Shown here one piece after another: positions 7,465 through 16,770 of a stretch of 64,000 nt of DNA. Where the stretch lies: IMG/VR virus record IMGVR_UViG_3300044675_001501, positions 1 to 64,000 of that record. One strand, 5' to 3'. Source of the stretch: a virus (Duplodnaviria; Heunggongvirae; Uroviricota; Caudoviricetes). The stretch's first letter is position 1. Each line of letters begins with the position of its first letter. The position numbers were made by a program, and so were the translations under genes. A model generated the notes under the pieces. The model was not told the DNA's origin. It did no database searches and worked only from the letters and a program-made list of their open reading frames with translations.

Positions 7465-8626
7465 CCTCCCCTTCGGCTACAGGGGTTTCCACAGCGGCAG
7501 CTGAGGACTCTTCAACGTAATCGCCTGTCGAAACCTTTTCGAACAAGTCAACAAAGGCAAGGCGAGTAGCGTCATCAAATCGATTCGTGCAAAGTTCAAT
7601 TGCTTTCTTCTGATTCTTGAAGATCGCATAAGCACGAACGATGTGAATTAAACGGCGAGTAGTAATTGTTTCGTCAACACCACCAGCATCAAAAGTACGG
7701 CGAATAGCATCAGCCCACTTGACCATGTTCTCAGCAAACTTCTCATCAAAGCAACCGTAAGAAGTCATGAGATTAGTAACGATCTTCATCTCAGTACGCT
7801 GCTCAGGGTATTCCTGGTTGAAGGTAACAGCGAATCGCTCAAGAAATGCTTCGTTAAGAACATTGGTACCAATGTAACGACCATCTTCGCTACCCTTACC
7901 TTTTGTGTTTGCGGTAGCAAAAATATTGAAACCACGAGCAGGATAGATAAGTTCGTTTTTCAGTTTGAAGTAGAATGGCTTACCTTCAAGAATTGGCTGC
8001 AAGCACATCAGAGTATTTGAGTTACCAGCATCAATCTCATCAAGAAGCAGAGGAATACCAAGACGCATAGCAATAACGATTGGACCTTCAACGATTTCGA
8101 CATTACCATCGATCAAAGTCTTAGTGCCAATCAACTGATCTTCATCAGTCATGCTGTTAAAGTTAATACGAATCAGCGGACGCTTACGCTTTGCGCAAAT
8201 CTGCTCAATGCTGGTAGACTTACCGTTACCAGTTGGACCGCTGATGTAAGAAGGATAAAAGATCTCAGACTTGATAATCTCATCAAGATCTTTATAGTTA
8301 CCGAAGGGGACATAGTTAGGATCAACCTTCGGAATCAAAGATGAAGTGTCGCTATAATTCACAATAACATTCTCATTTTTTTCGGGAGCCAAAGCTGTAT
8401 TGCCAACAACTGGTGCTGTAATATTACCACCAGGAATAGCATACAAACCACGACCAACCTTGTTAGTCATAAGCCAAGAAGGAAACTTGTCAGTTCCGAA
8501 TGAAGTCATAACCTCAATCAATTGAGAGCGAGAAACGACACCCTTAGAAGAAACATCAGGGAACATCTCAAAAAGTTTGGTTTCAAACTCATCACGATAA
8601 GCAGCAGTAGTCATCAAAATCTCCAT
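7451..8626 (-). CDS. cobS: MoxR/CobS-like AAA+ ATPase (putative cobaltochelatase CobS homolog) with N-terminal extension
   Basis: Walker A 'GPTGNGKST', Walker B 'LLLDEID' and a MoxR-type AAA+ core. cobS is widespread in marine T4-like phages. Confidence 0.7.
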   Translation of the reverse strand: MEILMTTAAYRDEFETKLFEMFPDVSSKGVVSRSQLIEVMTSFGTDKFPSWLMTNKVGRGLYAIPGGNITAPVVGNTALAPEKNENVIVNYSDTSSLIPKVDPNYVPFGNYKDLDEIIKSEIFYPSYISGPTGNGKSTSIEQICAKRKRPLIRINFNSMTDEDQLIGTKTLIDGNVEIVEGPIVIAMRLGIPLLLDEIDAGNSNTLMCLQPILEGKPFYFKLKNELIYPARGFNIFATANTKGKGSEDGRYIGTNVLNEAFLERFAVTFNQEYPEQRTEMKIVTNLMTSYGCFDEKFAENMVKWADAIRRTFDAGGVDETITTRRLIHIVRAYAIFKNQKKAIELCTNRFDDATRLAFVDLFEKVSTGDYVEESSAAAVETPVAEGEAVSP

Positions 8627-8647
8627 AATAAAATTTACTACAATTAA

Positions 8648-8676
8648 ATTATACTAGCATTGGCAATTAATGTCAA
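8648..8676 (-). promoter_or_regulatory. perfect sigma-70 consensus promoter TTGACA-17-TATAAT upstream of cobS-like gene
   Basis: Minus strand reads 'TTGACAttaattgccaatgctagTATAAT'. It is 22 nt upstream of the ATG at 8626. Confidence 0.6.
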
Positions 8677-8690
8677 GCAAAATGCAAACT

Positions 8691-10943
8691 TTATGCAACC
8701 AGCCCAACAAAGCGATTCAGAAGGATCCGATTTGTCTTCTGAACATTCAGATACTTGTTGAACGCTTTTGCAATTTGCTTGCTATTCATCTTGTCAGAAA
8801 CTTCCAAGTCTTCATCTTTAATTGCAAGTTTAGACGAAGGGATAATATACAGTTCATCACGACCACAGTTTGTAAGCATAGCGAAGTCATTCTTACGAAT
8901 TTCTTTTTGCATTGCTTCAACCGTAGCCATATCCTCAATAGAACCACCCTTAGCAGAAGTAACATTGTTACGAACAAACCAAGTTAGATCACGGCGAGAA
9001 TTTCTACCGATGTAGAAACCAACAGTAGTAGCGTTATATCGATCTTTGATAATCTGCAGGAACACATTAGTTTGTGTGCTAGATTCCTGAGTGATACGAT
9101 ATTCTTTCTTAGTAATTGGATCAACCAAGTAGTTAAGAACTTTACAACGCTTGTACTCTGGCTCATATACGGTAACGTATTCACGAAGAGACTTGTGATG
9201 ATTACCGTGAAGAGTTCCACCCTCGCCATCAGTCAAAGTAATAAATGTCAGTTTCTCGACATTGTTCTTTGACTTAAACTCAGCAAGATGGTTAGTCATA
9301 AACAGCAACGCTTCATTAAGCGGAGTGCTATTAAGAGTCAATCTAGAACTATAATAATAGAAATTAGAAAGACACATCTGAACCATCTTAGTAAATTCAC
9401 TGTTAGTCATTTTATCAGTGAACAACTCAAGAAGGTAAACATCGGCATTGGTAAAACCGTTGAACGATACATCAGTCTCATCAGGAACTCTGGTATAAGG
9501 ATCTTCTGGGTACAGAATATCACCACGTTCGTTTCTAGGATAACGATCGAAACCATTGCTAAATGCGTAGACACGGAAAGGAATCTGTGCACGCTGGCAG
9601 AACATAACCAGAGTAATAGTTTGCTTCAGCGTATCATGAATGTTATCATACATTGAACCAGACCAGTCAAGCAACATAACCATACCGTGATTCTTTGTAT
9701 CTTTAGTAACAGAGATACGCTTAAAGATGTCATCGGTCAACTGATACATCGCCAGTTTGTTTACGTTCAAATTACCAGTCTTAGAAATTTTACTACGACG
9801 ATAAGCAGTAGCTGACTTACGCATTTCAAATTCTTTGACTAGATAATTGACGATACGGCTACTTTCAGACTTGAATTGTTGAGCAGCTGTGGTCATTCTA
9901 TTAGCAGCTTCTGCTCGCTCCTTATTTCTGTCTGCGTCTGTCAAATAACGATTTGCGAAGTGACGATCGAAGTCTTCATCAAAAACTTTGAAGATTTCTT
10001 TATAAGGTACAACCTGATTGACGTCACGCAAATTGGCAGTCTTAGGTTCCCAACGCTGAACAATAGTATTCGTATCTGCTAGGTCTTGAAGGCGAACACG
10101 CAGGGCACGTTCTGTTTGCGACTCCATTTCAGTGGTAGTCGGTAAGGTAGAAGTATTCTGTGTGTTATCACCAGCAACAAAACGCTTGTTAGAACTGTCA
10201 GACTGTTCTTCATGTTCTGTTTCAGTATAGGGATCATACTCGCCGTCAAAGAAGATTTCATCTTCATCTTCATCTTCATCAACATCACCGAACTCAATTT
10301 CGGTATCGTAATTCATTTGCTCTTCGATATCATCGAGATCTTCTTGAGTGAGTTCTTTGTTGGAGTTGAGTTCTTCCTTACGCTTTTTCAATTCCTCATA
10401 AGAAAAGTTGTAAACTTCAAGAGCAAGATTCTGCACGTCTTTGATAGTGTCGCACTTGTCAACTCGGCGAACAAGTTCCATTTCTTGCGGTGTAAACTTA
10501 ACACCAGAGTTGATGCCAACTTTGTAATAGATGTTGATGCGGTCAATCAGCAAAAGTTTGCTGAGGTCTTTGTCTTTAACTTCAAAGAAGTCTTTGTCGT
10601 TGAGGTATTTGTATCCAGCAATAAAGCATTTACGCAAGCCAGGATACTTGTTCTTCATCATTTTTTCAATGCGAACATCTTCAATCACATTAAGATAACT
10701 GTGCATCTTGTGGTAGTTTTCTGTTTGAAGGTATTCTTGAGAAGTGAACAAAGCATGCCCAACCTCATGGGAAATGAGCATGTCCTCCACATCTTCGTTC
10801 ATTTCTTTCCAAAGAGGGAGGACTAGTGTACGACTGGTGATATCAAATGAAGCAGTAGTCGTTCTTGCGCGAACCACGTTCAGGTTCTCGGCTGCAAGAA
10901 GGCGAGCAAGCATGTCCTTACTATTCATAATGTAGGTCTCCAA
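8691..10943 (-). CDS. vWA-domain protein (CobT-like) with N-terminal HExxH zincin-like motif and central acidic stretch
   Basis: MIDAS motif 'DWSGSM' in a C-terminal vWA domain. Acidic run 'DVDEDEDEDEIFFDGEYD', as in CobT. N-terminal 'HEVGH' with a downstream Glu ('IEDVRIE'). Confidence 0.65.
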   Translation of the reverse strand: METYIMNSKDMLARLLAAENLNVVRARTTTASFDITSRTLVLPLWKEMNEDVEDMLISHEVGHALFTSQEYLQTENYHKMHSYLNVIEDVRIEKMMKNKYPGLRKCFIAGYKYLNDKDFFEVKDKDLSKLLLIDRINIYYKVGINSGVKFTPQEMELVRRVDKCDTIKDVQNLALEVYNFSYEELKKRKEELNSNKELTQEDLDDIEEQMNYDTEIEFGDVDEDEDEDEIFFDGEYDPYTETEHEEQSDSSNKRFVAGDNTQNTSTLPTTTEMESQTERALRVRLQDLADTNTIVQRWEPKTANLRDVNQVVPYKEIFKVFDEDFDRHFANRYLTDADRNKERAEAANRMTTAAQQFKSESSRIVNYLVKEFEMRKSATAYRRSKISKTGNLNVNKLAMYQLTDDIFKRISVTKDTKNHGMVMLLDWSGSMYDNIHDTLKQTITLVMFCQRAQIPFRVYAFSNGFDRYPRNERGDILYPEDPYTRVPDETDVSFNGFTNADVYLLELFTDKMTNSEFTKMVQMCLSNFYYYSSRLTLNSTPLNEALLFMTNHLAEFKSKNNVEKLTFITLTDGEGGTLHGNHHKSLREYVTVYEPEYKRCKVLNYLVDPITKKEYRITQESSTQTNVFLQIIKDRYNATTVGFYIGRNSRRDLTWFVRNNVTSAKGGSIEDMATVEAMQKEIRKNDFAMLTNCGRDELYIIPSSKLAIKDEDLEVSDKMNSKQIAKAFNKYLNVQKTNRILLNRFVGLVA

Positions 10944-10959
10944 GTTTATTACAGTTAGA

Positions 10960-10988
10960 ATTATGCCCTATTTATGAATTAAAAGCAA
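10960..10988 (-). promoter_or_regulatory. sigma-70-like promoter TTGCTT-17-CATAAT upstream of vWA gene
   Basis: -10 at 10960-10965, -35 at 10983-10988. Confidence 0.4.
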
Positions 10989-11003
10989 GTCTTGCATATT
11001 TGT

Positions 11004-11026
11004 CCTTTAAAATCAAGGACTTACAG
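11004..11026. repeat. 23-nt exact direct repeat copy A (cctttaaaatcaaggacttacag)
   Basis: Starts 4 nt after the gp46 stop. It is followed ~15 nt later by the promoter at 10960-10988. Confidence 0.6.
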
Positions 11027-11030
11027 AGGG

Positions 11031-12749
11031 TTATGGTGCTGACATGACTGAAAAATCGTTCTTCTTTTCGAACTTTACCACACTATGAAACTTGTCAAAT
11101 AGTTGGTCGCCCTTGTGAGAAATTACAAAAACATTAGTCTTTTCGCCCAACTGATTCATCACACTCAAGAAATAGTCAGTTCCTGCTGTGTCTAGAGATG
11201 AATCAAAGATCTCATCCAAGATAAGTAGGTTAGTGTTAACTGAGTTCTTCATCTTCGCAATCTGTCGCCAAGTAAACAAGATAGCCAAGTCAATACGCAT
11301 CTTCTCACCTTCTGAGAAACTCGCATAGGTAAACTCATCACGGAATCTAGACTTAATAGTTTCGTTGAATGATTCATCTAATTCAAAGTGAACATAGAAG
11401 TCCATAGCCTGTAGATACATGTTAATTAACTTGTTCATAGCAGGTAGATATTCTTTGATCACCGCAGTCTTAATTCCAGTGTCCTTTAGTAAGGTAGCTG
11501 AGATTTCTTGAATAGTTCTTTCTTCGCTTAGGACTGTCTTTCTGTCCAGGAACTGCATAGCAGCTTTCGCTAACTCCTTCAACTTAACTTTTTCAGCATC
11601 AATACTTTCAGTGTTAGACTTTGTGTTTTCTATTTCCTGAAGGAGTTTAGTGTTCTGAGAGTTTAGAGTTGAGATTGTGCTATTCATAGTTGAGATTTCA
11701 ATGTTTAACTCAGAGATCTCAGTAACTATGTCATCTATTTGCTTCAATCTAGTTCCTAGATCTTCTAGTCTAGTTTTGATACTATCTTTCTCTGTCTGAT
11801 TAATCTCAAGATCAGCAGTTAAAGTAGTCGCAATCTTTTCAGCATGGGAATGTGGGATGTTCTGATCGCAAGATGGGCACTGGTCGTTTGACGAAAAGAA
11901 TCTAACTCTTTCGTTTAGATCAGAAACTTTTTGATTAATCTTTACCAAAGTTTCTTTAAATGAGGCAATCCCCTCAGTAACAGCTTGCTTATCTGCTATA
12001 TCCTCTCGTAATTCCTTAACTCGATTAGATAGTTCCGTAAGAGTTGTTGTTGTGGTATGAATCTCAGCTTCGTTTGATTGAATTCTTGTTCTAATAGAAT
12101 CAAGGTGCTCTTTCTTTGAAGTAACGAGGCTAGAGATGATCTTCTGTTGAGACTCCACTGCTGACTTTGAAATTTGTAGCTGCGATTCGACATTAGCCAA
12201 TTCCTCTTTGGTTGCTTGTACTTTTTCTTTTAAGAGTTGATTCATCGTAGAGAAAATCTTAATGTCTAAGATATCTTCAATAACTTCTCTACGCTGACCA
12301 GAAGGTAACTGCATAAATGGAACAAATGATGCGCTACCCAGAATAACAACCTGAGTAAATGTCTTATAGTTTAGTTTTAAGATTTGTTGCTCTAGAATCT
12401 TTTGGTAATCCTTAGAGGCAGCATCTTGATTGATTAGATTGTCGTTGTGATAGATCTCAAACAAGTTTGGTTTGATACCACGCTTGATAACATAGTTGTT
12501 TGAGGCAATAGAAAATTCTACTACAACCAAACACTGCTTTTGATTGATGCTGTTGACTAGCTGCCCTTTGTTAATGTTTCTAAATGGTTTTCCGAATAGA
12601 GCAAAACAAAGAGCATCTAGAATAGTCGATTTACCGTCACCATTCTTACCAACAATCAATGTTGACTGCGAACGATTAAGTAAAACTTTATTTGGGGAAT
12701 TGCCTGTTGATAAAAAGTTTTTCCATTCTATAGATTTAAATACGATCAT
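11031..12749 (-). CDS. 46: recombination endonuclease subunit gp46 (SbcC/Rad50-like)
   Basis: Walker A 'GKNGDGKST'. Long coiled-coil middle. Signature-like 'FSEGEK' and Walker B 'LLILDEIF'. Confidence 0.85.
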   Translation of the reverse strand: MIVFKSIEWKNFLSTGNSPNKVLLNRSQSTLIVGKNGDGKSTILDALCFALFGKPFRNINKGQLVNSINQKQCLVVVEFSIASNNYVIKRGIKPNLFEIYHNDNLINQDAASKDYQKILEQQILKLNYKTFTQVVILGSASFVPFMQLPSGQRREVIEDILDIKIFSTMNQLLKEKVQATKEELANVESQLQISKSAVESQQKIISSLVTSKKEHLDSIRTRIQSNEAEIHTTTTTLTELSNRVKELREDIADKQAVTEGIASFKETLVKINQKVSDLNERVRFFSSNDQCPSCDQNIPHSHAEKIATTLTADLEINQTEKDSIKTRLEDLGTRLKQIDDIVTEISELNIEISTMNSTISTLNSQNTKLLQEIENTKSNTESIDAEKVKLKELAKAAMQFLDRKTVLSEERTIQEISATLLKDTGIKTAVIKEYLPAMNKLINMYLQAMDFYVHFELDESFNETIKSRFRDEFTYASFSEGEKMRIDLAILFTWRQIAKMKNSVNTNLLILDEIFDSSLDTAGTDYFLSVMNQLGEKTNVFVISHKGDQLFDKFHSVVKFEKKNDFSVMSAP

Positions 12750-13069
12750 TTATCTTTCCATTTCCATCCAAGCATGAACTCAGTATATTTTCTATTAAGC
12801 CAACTTGGTTTCTCAGTTCTCCATATTTGGATACTTTCAGTAACCTGCCAATAACCAATAGAGTCAGGCGATGGTATAAACTGAAAAGAAGGAGAAGTGT
12901 TTATTGTTGTACTACCTGTTAAACCATTCGCAACCAAGTAACTAGAAACAGTGTTTAAAGAAACTAGATTAGATTTCTGTCTTTGATAATCTTCGCATGG
13001 TGAATAGTCAAGATTCAGCGGAATCTGCTCCGTCAGCGGAAAGAAATATCTTATTTCTAATTGTTGCAT
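12746..13069 (-). CDS. hypothetical protein (between gp47 and gp46)
   Basis: ORF overlaps both neighbours. No motifs. Confidence 0.35.
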   Translation of the reverse strand: MQQLEIRYFFPLTEQIPLNLDYSPCEDYQRQKSNLVSLNTVSSYLVANGLTGSTTINTSPSFQFIPSPDSIGYWQVTESIQIWRTEKPSWLNRKYTEFMLGWKWKDK

Positions 13070-14133
13070 TAGACCACCTCAACATTAATTGCCTCAGTAT
13101 AAAGAGACTTCATATAAGTTTTGACTTTCTCTTTGTCAGTATCTGTTTGAACAGAGTCGATGTAATCATTTAGCAAATCAACAGTGTCCTCAAGATTTAT
13201 GTCTGACGAAACTGCGCCTTCATTGTATTCAGAGAAGTCTTCAATAATTTTGATCTCGGCGCATCCTTTATTATATAACTGTTGAAGGAATTGGTCAAAC
13301 TTGTAATAATCAGTCTTGTTAACAACTACAACTTTAACGAAACAATTTTTTAAGTCGAGTAGCGAAATGTCTTGGACTTCGCTGGTGTCGTCGTACTCGA
13401 ATCTTGTAAACATACTATAATCGTTTCTGATAAACTCGAGTTGTCTGGTCCCAAGGTCAAACAAGTGAAACCCTCTGGGATCGTTATAGTCCTGCCACGT
13501 GAGCTCATAAGGATTTCCGAGGTAAAAGATATGACCGTCGTTAGAGCGATGATGGTAATGACCACTGAATACCATATCAAATTTTTTGAATAGATCTTTT
13601 CCGAGTCCCTCATGAGATTCCATCCCTCTATACATTGCGAAGCCAGCAATCTCAAAGTGCCCCATACAAAGAGTTGCTGATGTGTTATTGATTTCATCCA
13701 TCGCTCTTTGATAGTTGTCTGCGCATATCCAAGGAATCATGCAAACATCGCAATCAATATCTTCATAGTTGAGATGAATTGTTTGTGGGGTGTCGATTAC
13801 GTTGATGTTGTCGTACTCTCTTAAGAGTAGATCTGGTGAGTTTACATCGTTGGTGTTTTTGTAATAAGTGTCGTGATTACCAGCAAGCATATGAACTTGA
13901 ATTTCTCGCTTGGCTAGTTCATCAAAGAACATTCTCTTTGCTCTGTCAAGAGCATAGAAATTTACATACTTACGTCGATCAAAAGTATCGCCAAGAATAA
14001 GAACAGTATTAATACCAGCTGCGTCAAGACTAGGAAAGAAAATATTGTCATAGAATTTTTGAAAAAAGTCTAGAAATAAAACACTGTCATTACGAGCACC
14101 AAAATGTTGGTCAGTTATAATAGCAACTTTCAT
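13069..14133 (-). CDS. 47: recombination nuclease gp47 (SbcD/Mre11-like)
   Basis: Phosphoesterase motifs 'DQHFG', 'GDTFD', 'GNHD', 'GHFE' and 'GHYHH'. Confidence 0.85.
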   Translation of the reverse strand: MKVAIITDQHFGARNDSVLFLDFFQKFYDNIFFPSLDAAGINTVLILGDTFDRRKYVNFYALDRAKRMFFDELAKREIQVHMLAGNHDTYYKNTNDVNSPDLLLREYDNINVIDTPQTIHLNYEDIDCDVCMIPWICADNYQRAMDEINNTSATLCMGHFEIAGFAMYRGMESHEGLGKDLFKKFDMVFSGHYHHRSNDGHIFYLGNPYELTWQDYNDPRGFHLFDLGTRQLEFIRNDYSMFTRFEYDDTSEVQDISLLDLKNCFVKVVVVNKTDYYKFDQFLQQLYNKGCAEIKIIEDFSEYNEGAVSSDINLEDTVDLLNDYIDSVQTDTDKEKVKTYMKSLYTEAINVEVV

Positions 14134-14681
14134 TCTTCACCTTTTATTAAATCCTCAAGACTATTCGACTTTGCTAACTTTTTCTGTTTTCTTTTTTGCT
14201 TCTTGCGTTCAATAAAGTCATCAAAGTCATTGTTCATCTGCATATATTCAAGATACGTATTATGGTGGTCATCGCCATCATCATGATCCTGAAGTTCAAA
14301 CGCTTCGAACGGCATCTGTTGGATAAGTTTCTGTTTGACGTAGCTTTGTTTCTTTTCCTTGGCTATCGTCCTTAAGAACGAATAATATATTACCTGCGTA
14401 AAATAAGCAAATGGGTTATTGGATTTAGAAGGATCAAAGTTTTTAACAATAGCAAGACAGTTTTCAACACCGTCAAGTATCATATCATTACGGTAGCTGT
14501 AGTTAATGAAGTTACCTTTATATGAGAGGTGAGTAGCAATTTTGTAAAAGCATTCCCCAATATAGTTTGTAACTTGCGGAGGATCATCTCCTGATTCTTC
14601 AGCTTCTTTTACCTTTGTCTTCCATTCAACAATTGCTTTTAAAAATTCTTCATTGTTTACATAATGTGCACCACCTGCCAT
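14130..14681 (-). CDS. 55: late-transcription sigma factor gp55
   Basis: Similarity to T4 gp55 ('EEFLKAIVEWK', 'NPFAYFTQV'). ATG at 14681 has an AGAGGAG RBS; the track start at 14687 is TTG. Confidence 0.85.
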   Translation of the reverse strand: MAGGAHYVNNEEFLKAIVEWKTKVKEAEESGDDPPQVTNYIGECFYKIATHLSYKGNFINYSYRNDMILDGVENCLAIVKNFDPSKSNNPFAYFTQVIYYSFLRTIAKEKKQSYVKQKLIQQMPFEAFELQDHDDGDDHHNTYLEYMQMNNDFDDFIERKKQKRKQKKLAKSNSLEDLIKGEE

Positions 14682-14711
14682 AACCAACTCCTCTTGTTTT
14701 TAACTACTTAC

Positions 14712-14740
14712 ATTATACCTTAACATTATCAATAAGTAAA
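14712..14740 (-). promoter_or_regulatory. sigma-70-like promoter TTTACT-17-TATAAT upstream of gp55-gp47-gp46 operon
   Basis: Perfect -10 with a 4/6 match at -35. About 25 nt upstream of the gp55 ATG. Confidence 0.4.
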
Positions 14741-14812
14741 ATATTTTTCTTTGCAAACTTTGCTTTTCGCTTGACATAAGAACATAATTACGGTGTAGGG
14801 GTTGATAGATAC

Positions 14813-15286
14813 CTAGTGAAGTGTATTATTACCTCTTACCACTTGCTTCTCTTCTTCCTCCTGCTGCTCTTCCTGAGGATCTTCAGCAAGAGACTTCAAA
14901 TGATCCATAAGTCTGTTCACTCTATCAGATAACTCCTCCACCGAAGAAGGTGGTTCATCAGGAACTTCGATAGTAGCTTCATATTCATTCACCAAACGAA
15001 CATAAAACGGTATAGCATATTGGTGAACTCTCTTCTCAAATACAATATCTCTTTTCTTGAATTCAAAGATCTTGTCTTCTGCGAATTTGCAGTATGGTGC
15101 TGCTGTAACATGTTCTCCGATCTCTCCATCATTCATAAAGGGAAAGCTCTTAATCAACATTGGATATTCAATTGTTACAGAGGTTTGCGATTCATCTCTT
15201 TTTACTGCCATAATTTGTTCACCAGTAACTAATTTTAAAACAACATACTCATCTTTTGCAGTTAGGTTGAATTCGTTCTCGTTCAT
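14813..15286 (-). CDS. hypothetical protein with acidic C-terminal tail
   Basis: ORF between uvsW and gp55. C-terminus 'EDPQEEQQEEEEKQ'. Confidence 0.4.
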   Translation of the reverse strand: MNENEFNLTAKDEYVVLKLVTGEQIMAVKRDESQTSVTIEYPMLIKSFPFMNDGEIGEHVTAAPYCKFAEDKIFEFKKRDIVFEKRVHQYAIPFYVRLVNEYEATIEVPDEPPSSVEELSDRVNRLMDHLKSLAEDPQEEQQEEEEKQVVRGNNTLH

Positions 15287-16770
15287 ATTTCGACCTCTAC
15301 GATCTTATAATTAAATTGTTCTTCTGAGTATGTTTTAATTCTCTCAGCGAAGTGGTTTAGCGTATGATTTTTCCAAGATTTCCAGTGAAGATCATCTGCT
15401 ATATCGTAAAGATTACATTCTGTCTTGCCATCTTTTAATCTTAGACCACGCCCAATACTTTGTAAATTGCGTATCTTACTTTTAGAAGGGGACGCAAAAA
15501 TAACATTCTCAATCGAAGGTATATTGATGCCTGTCGAGAAGGTGCCAAACGACGCAATAATGATAGCATCTTCCTCTCCCTCGCAGATATGCCTAATTGC
15601 CTCTCGATCAGATGTTTCGGTGCCACCATAAACGAAAAATACTTTTCTATCTTCATCAGCTTTTTCTTTGATTAGATCGTAAAGAACTTTTCCATGTTTC
15701 TCAACAAACTGAAAAAGAACTAGAGTATTACCACTTGACTTTACGGCAAGATTACGAATAAATCTATTTCGTTTCTCATGAGTAACTATAAAGTCCATCT
15801 CGTCTTGATAGTTATTGTTCTTTCTACCTTGACGAGTTATGTCATCGTACTTTAGTAATATACAGGTAATATTTAGATTCGCTAAACGTGATGAGTCCAT
15901 CAACGCTTTCGTTGTAGTTACTCGGTGGACTGGTCCAAATATTCCTTCAAGTACAAGTCTATGGACTTTCTTATTATCCAGTGTCCCAGTAGTGCCAATG
16001 CGATAACGTACATCGGTAAGTTTCTCCATTACTGACGTCAATGACTTCGCTTTAAACTGGTGCGCTTCATCACCAAAGATGACGTCAAACTGATTAAACC
16101 ATTGTTTTGGTTGTTTATAAATCGACTGCCATGTTGTAATTAATACGTCTTTGGTAAAATCTTTAGGAAACCCAGCATATAGTTTTTGACAGTGTCTATC
16201 AACACGCCAACCATTTGCTGAAGAATAATCTTCAAAATCTGAATATAACTGCTCAACCAAAGAGGTTGTTGGTACTACAATAATACATTTTCTTCCTTGC
16301 TCTAAATGCCATCTTAGAGTAGTATAGATAATAAATGATTTACCAGAAGCAGTTGGTGATAGTAATAGGACACGCTCATCTGTTACAGCTTTGTGAACAG
16401 CTTCTAATTGATAGTCTCTAATCTCGATAGGTTTGCCGTGACCCATTGGTTTTAGCCAATCGGCATAACTTTTAATTTCTTCTATTGAAACTATTGATTT
16501 AGATTCAACAGGAGTAATATAATTTAATTCGTATTCGTTGTTCTTAGCAAACTCTTCTACGTAGCCGAGCAATCCATTGTATAAAGTTTTTCTAAACACA
16601 TCATATAGTCTTACTTTACCATCCCATAATCTAGCTCTATACTGCGGAGTGAACCTCGCTCCTGGATATTCATAAGTGAAGAATTGTGACAACTCCTGCT
16701 CAATACCAGGATCAGCATAACAACGAATAAAAACTTCATTAATTTTTTCTACATTAATAGTACTCATCAA
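15283..16770 (-). CDS. uvsW: UvsW-like SF2 DNA helicase
   Basis: Walker A 'SPTASGKS', DEAH box 'FGDEAHQF' and helicase C-terminal motifs. Position after uvsY. Confidence 0.75.
   Translation of the reverse strand: MMSTINVEKINEVFIRCYADPGIEQELSQFFTYEYPGARFTPQYRARLWDGKVRLYDVFRKTLYNGLLGYVEEFAKNNEYELNYITPVESKSIVSIEEIKSYADWLKPMGHGKPIEIRDYQLEAVHKAVTDERVLLLSPTASGKSFIIYTTLRWHLEQGRKCIIVVPTTSLVEQLYSDFEDYSSANGWRVDRHCQKLYAGFPKDFTKDVLITTWQSIYKQPKQWFNQFDVIFGDEAHQFKAKSLTSVMEKLTDVRYRIGTTGTLDNKKVHRLVLEGIFGPVHRVTTTKALMDSSRLANLNITCILLKYDDITRQGRKNNNYQDEMDFIVTHEKRNRFIRNLAVKSSGNTLVLFQFVEKHGKVLYDLIKEKADEDRKVFFVYGGTETSDREAIRHICEGEEDAIIIASFGTFSTGINIPSIENVIFASPSKSKIRNLQSIGRGLRLKDGKTECNLYDIADDLHWKSWKNHTLNHFAERIKTYSEEQFNYKIVEVEI

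Noticed and set aside
14813-15286. Candidate relocated small terminase (gp16).
   Set aside because: No similarity to T4 gp16 and the synteny is wrong. gp16 is therefore regarded as absent from this window.
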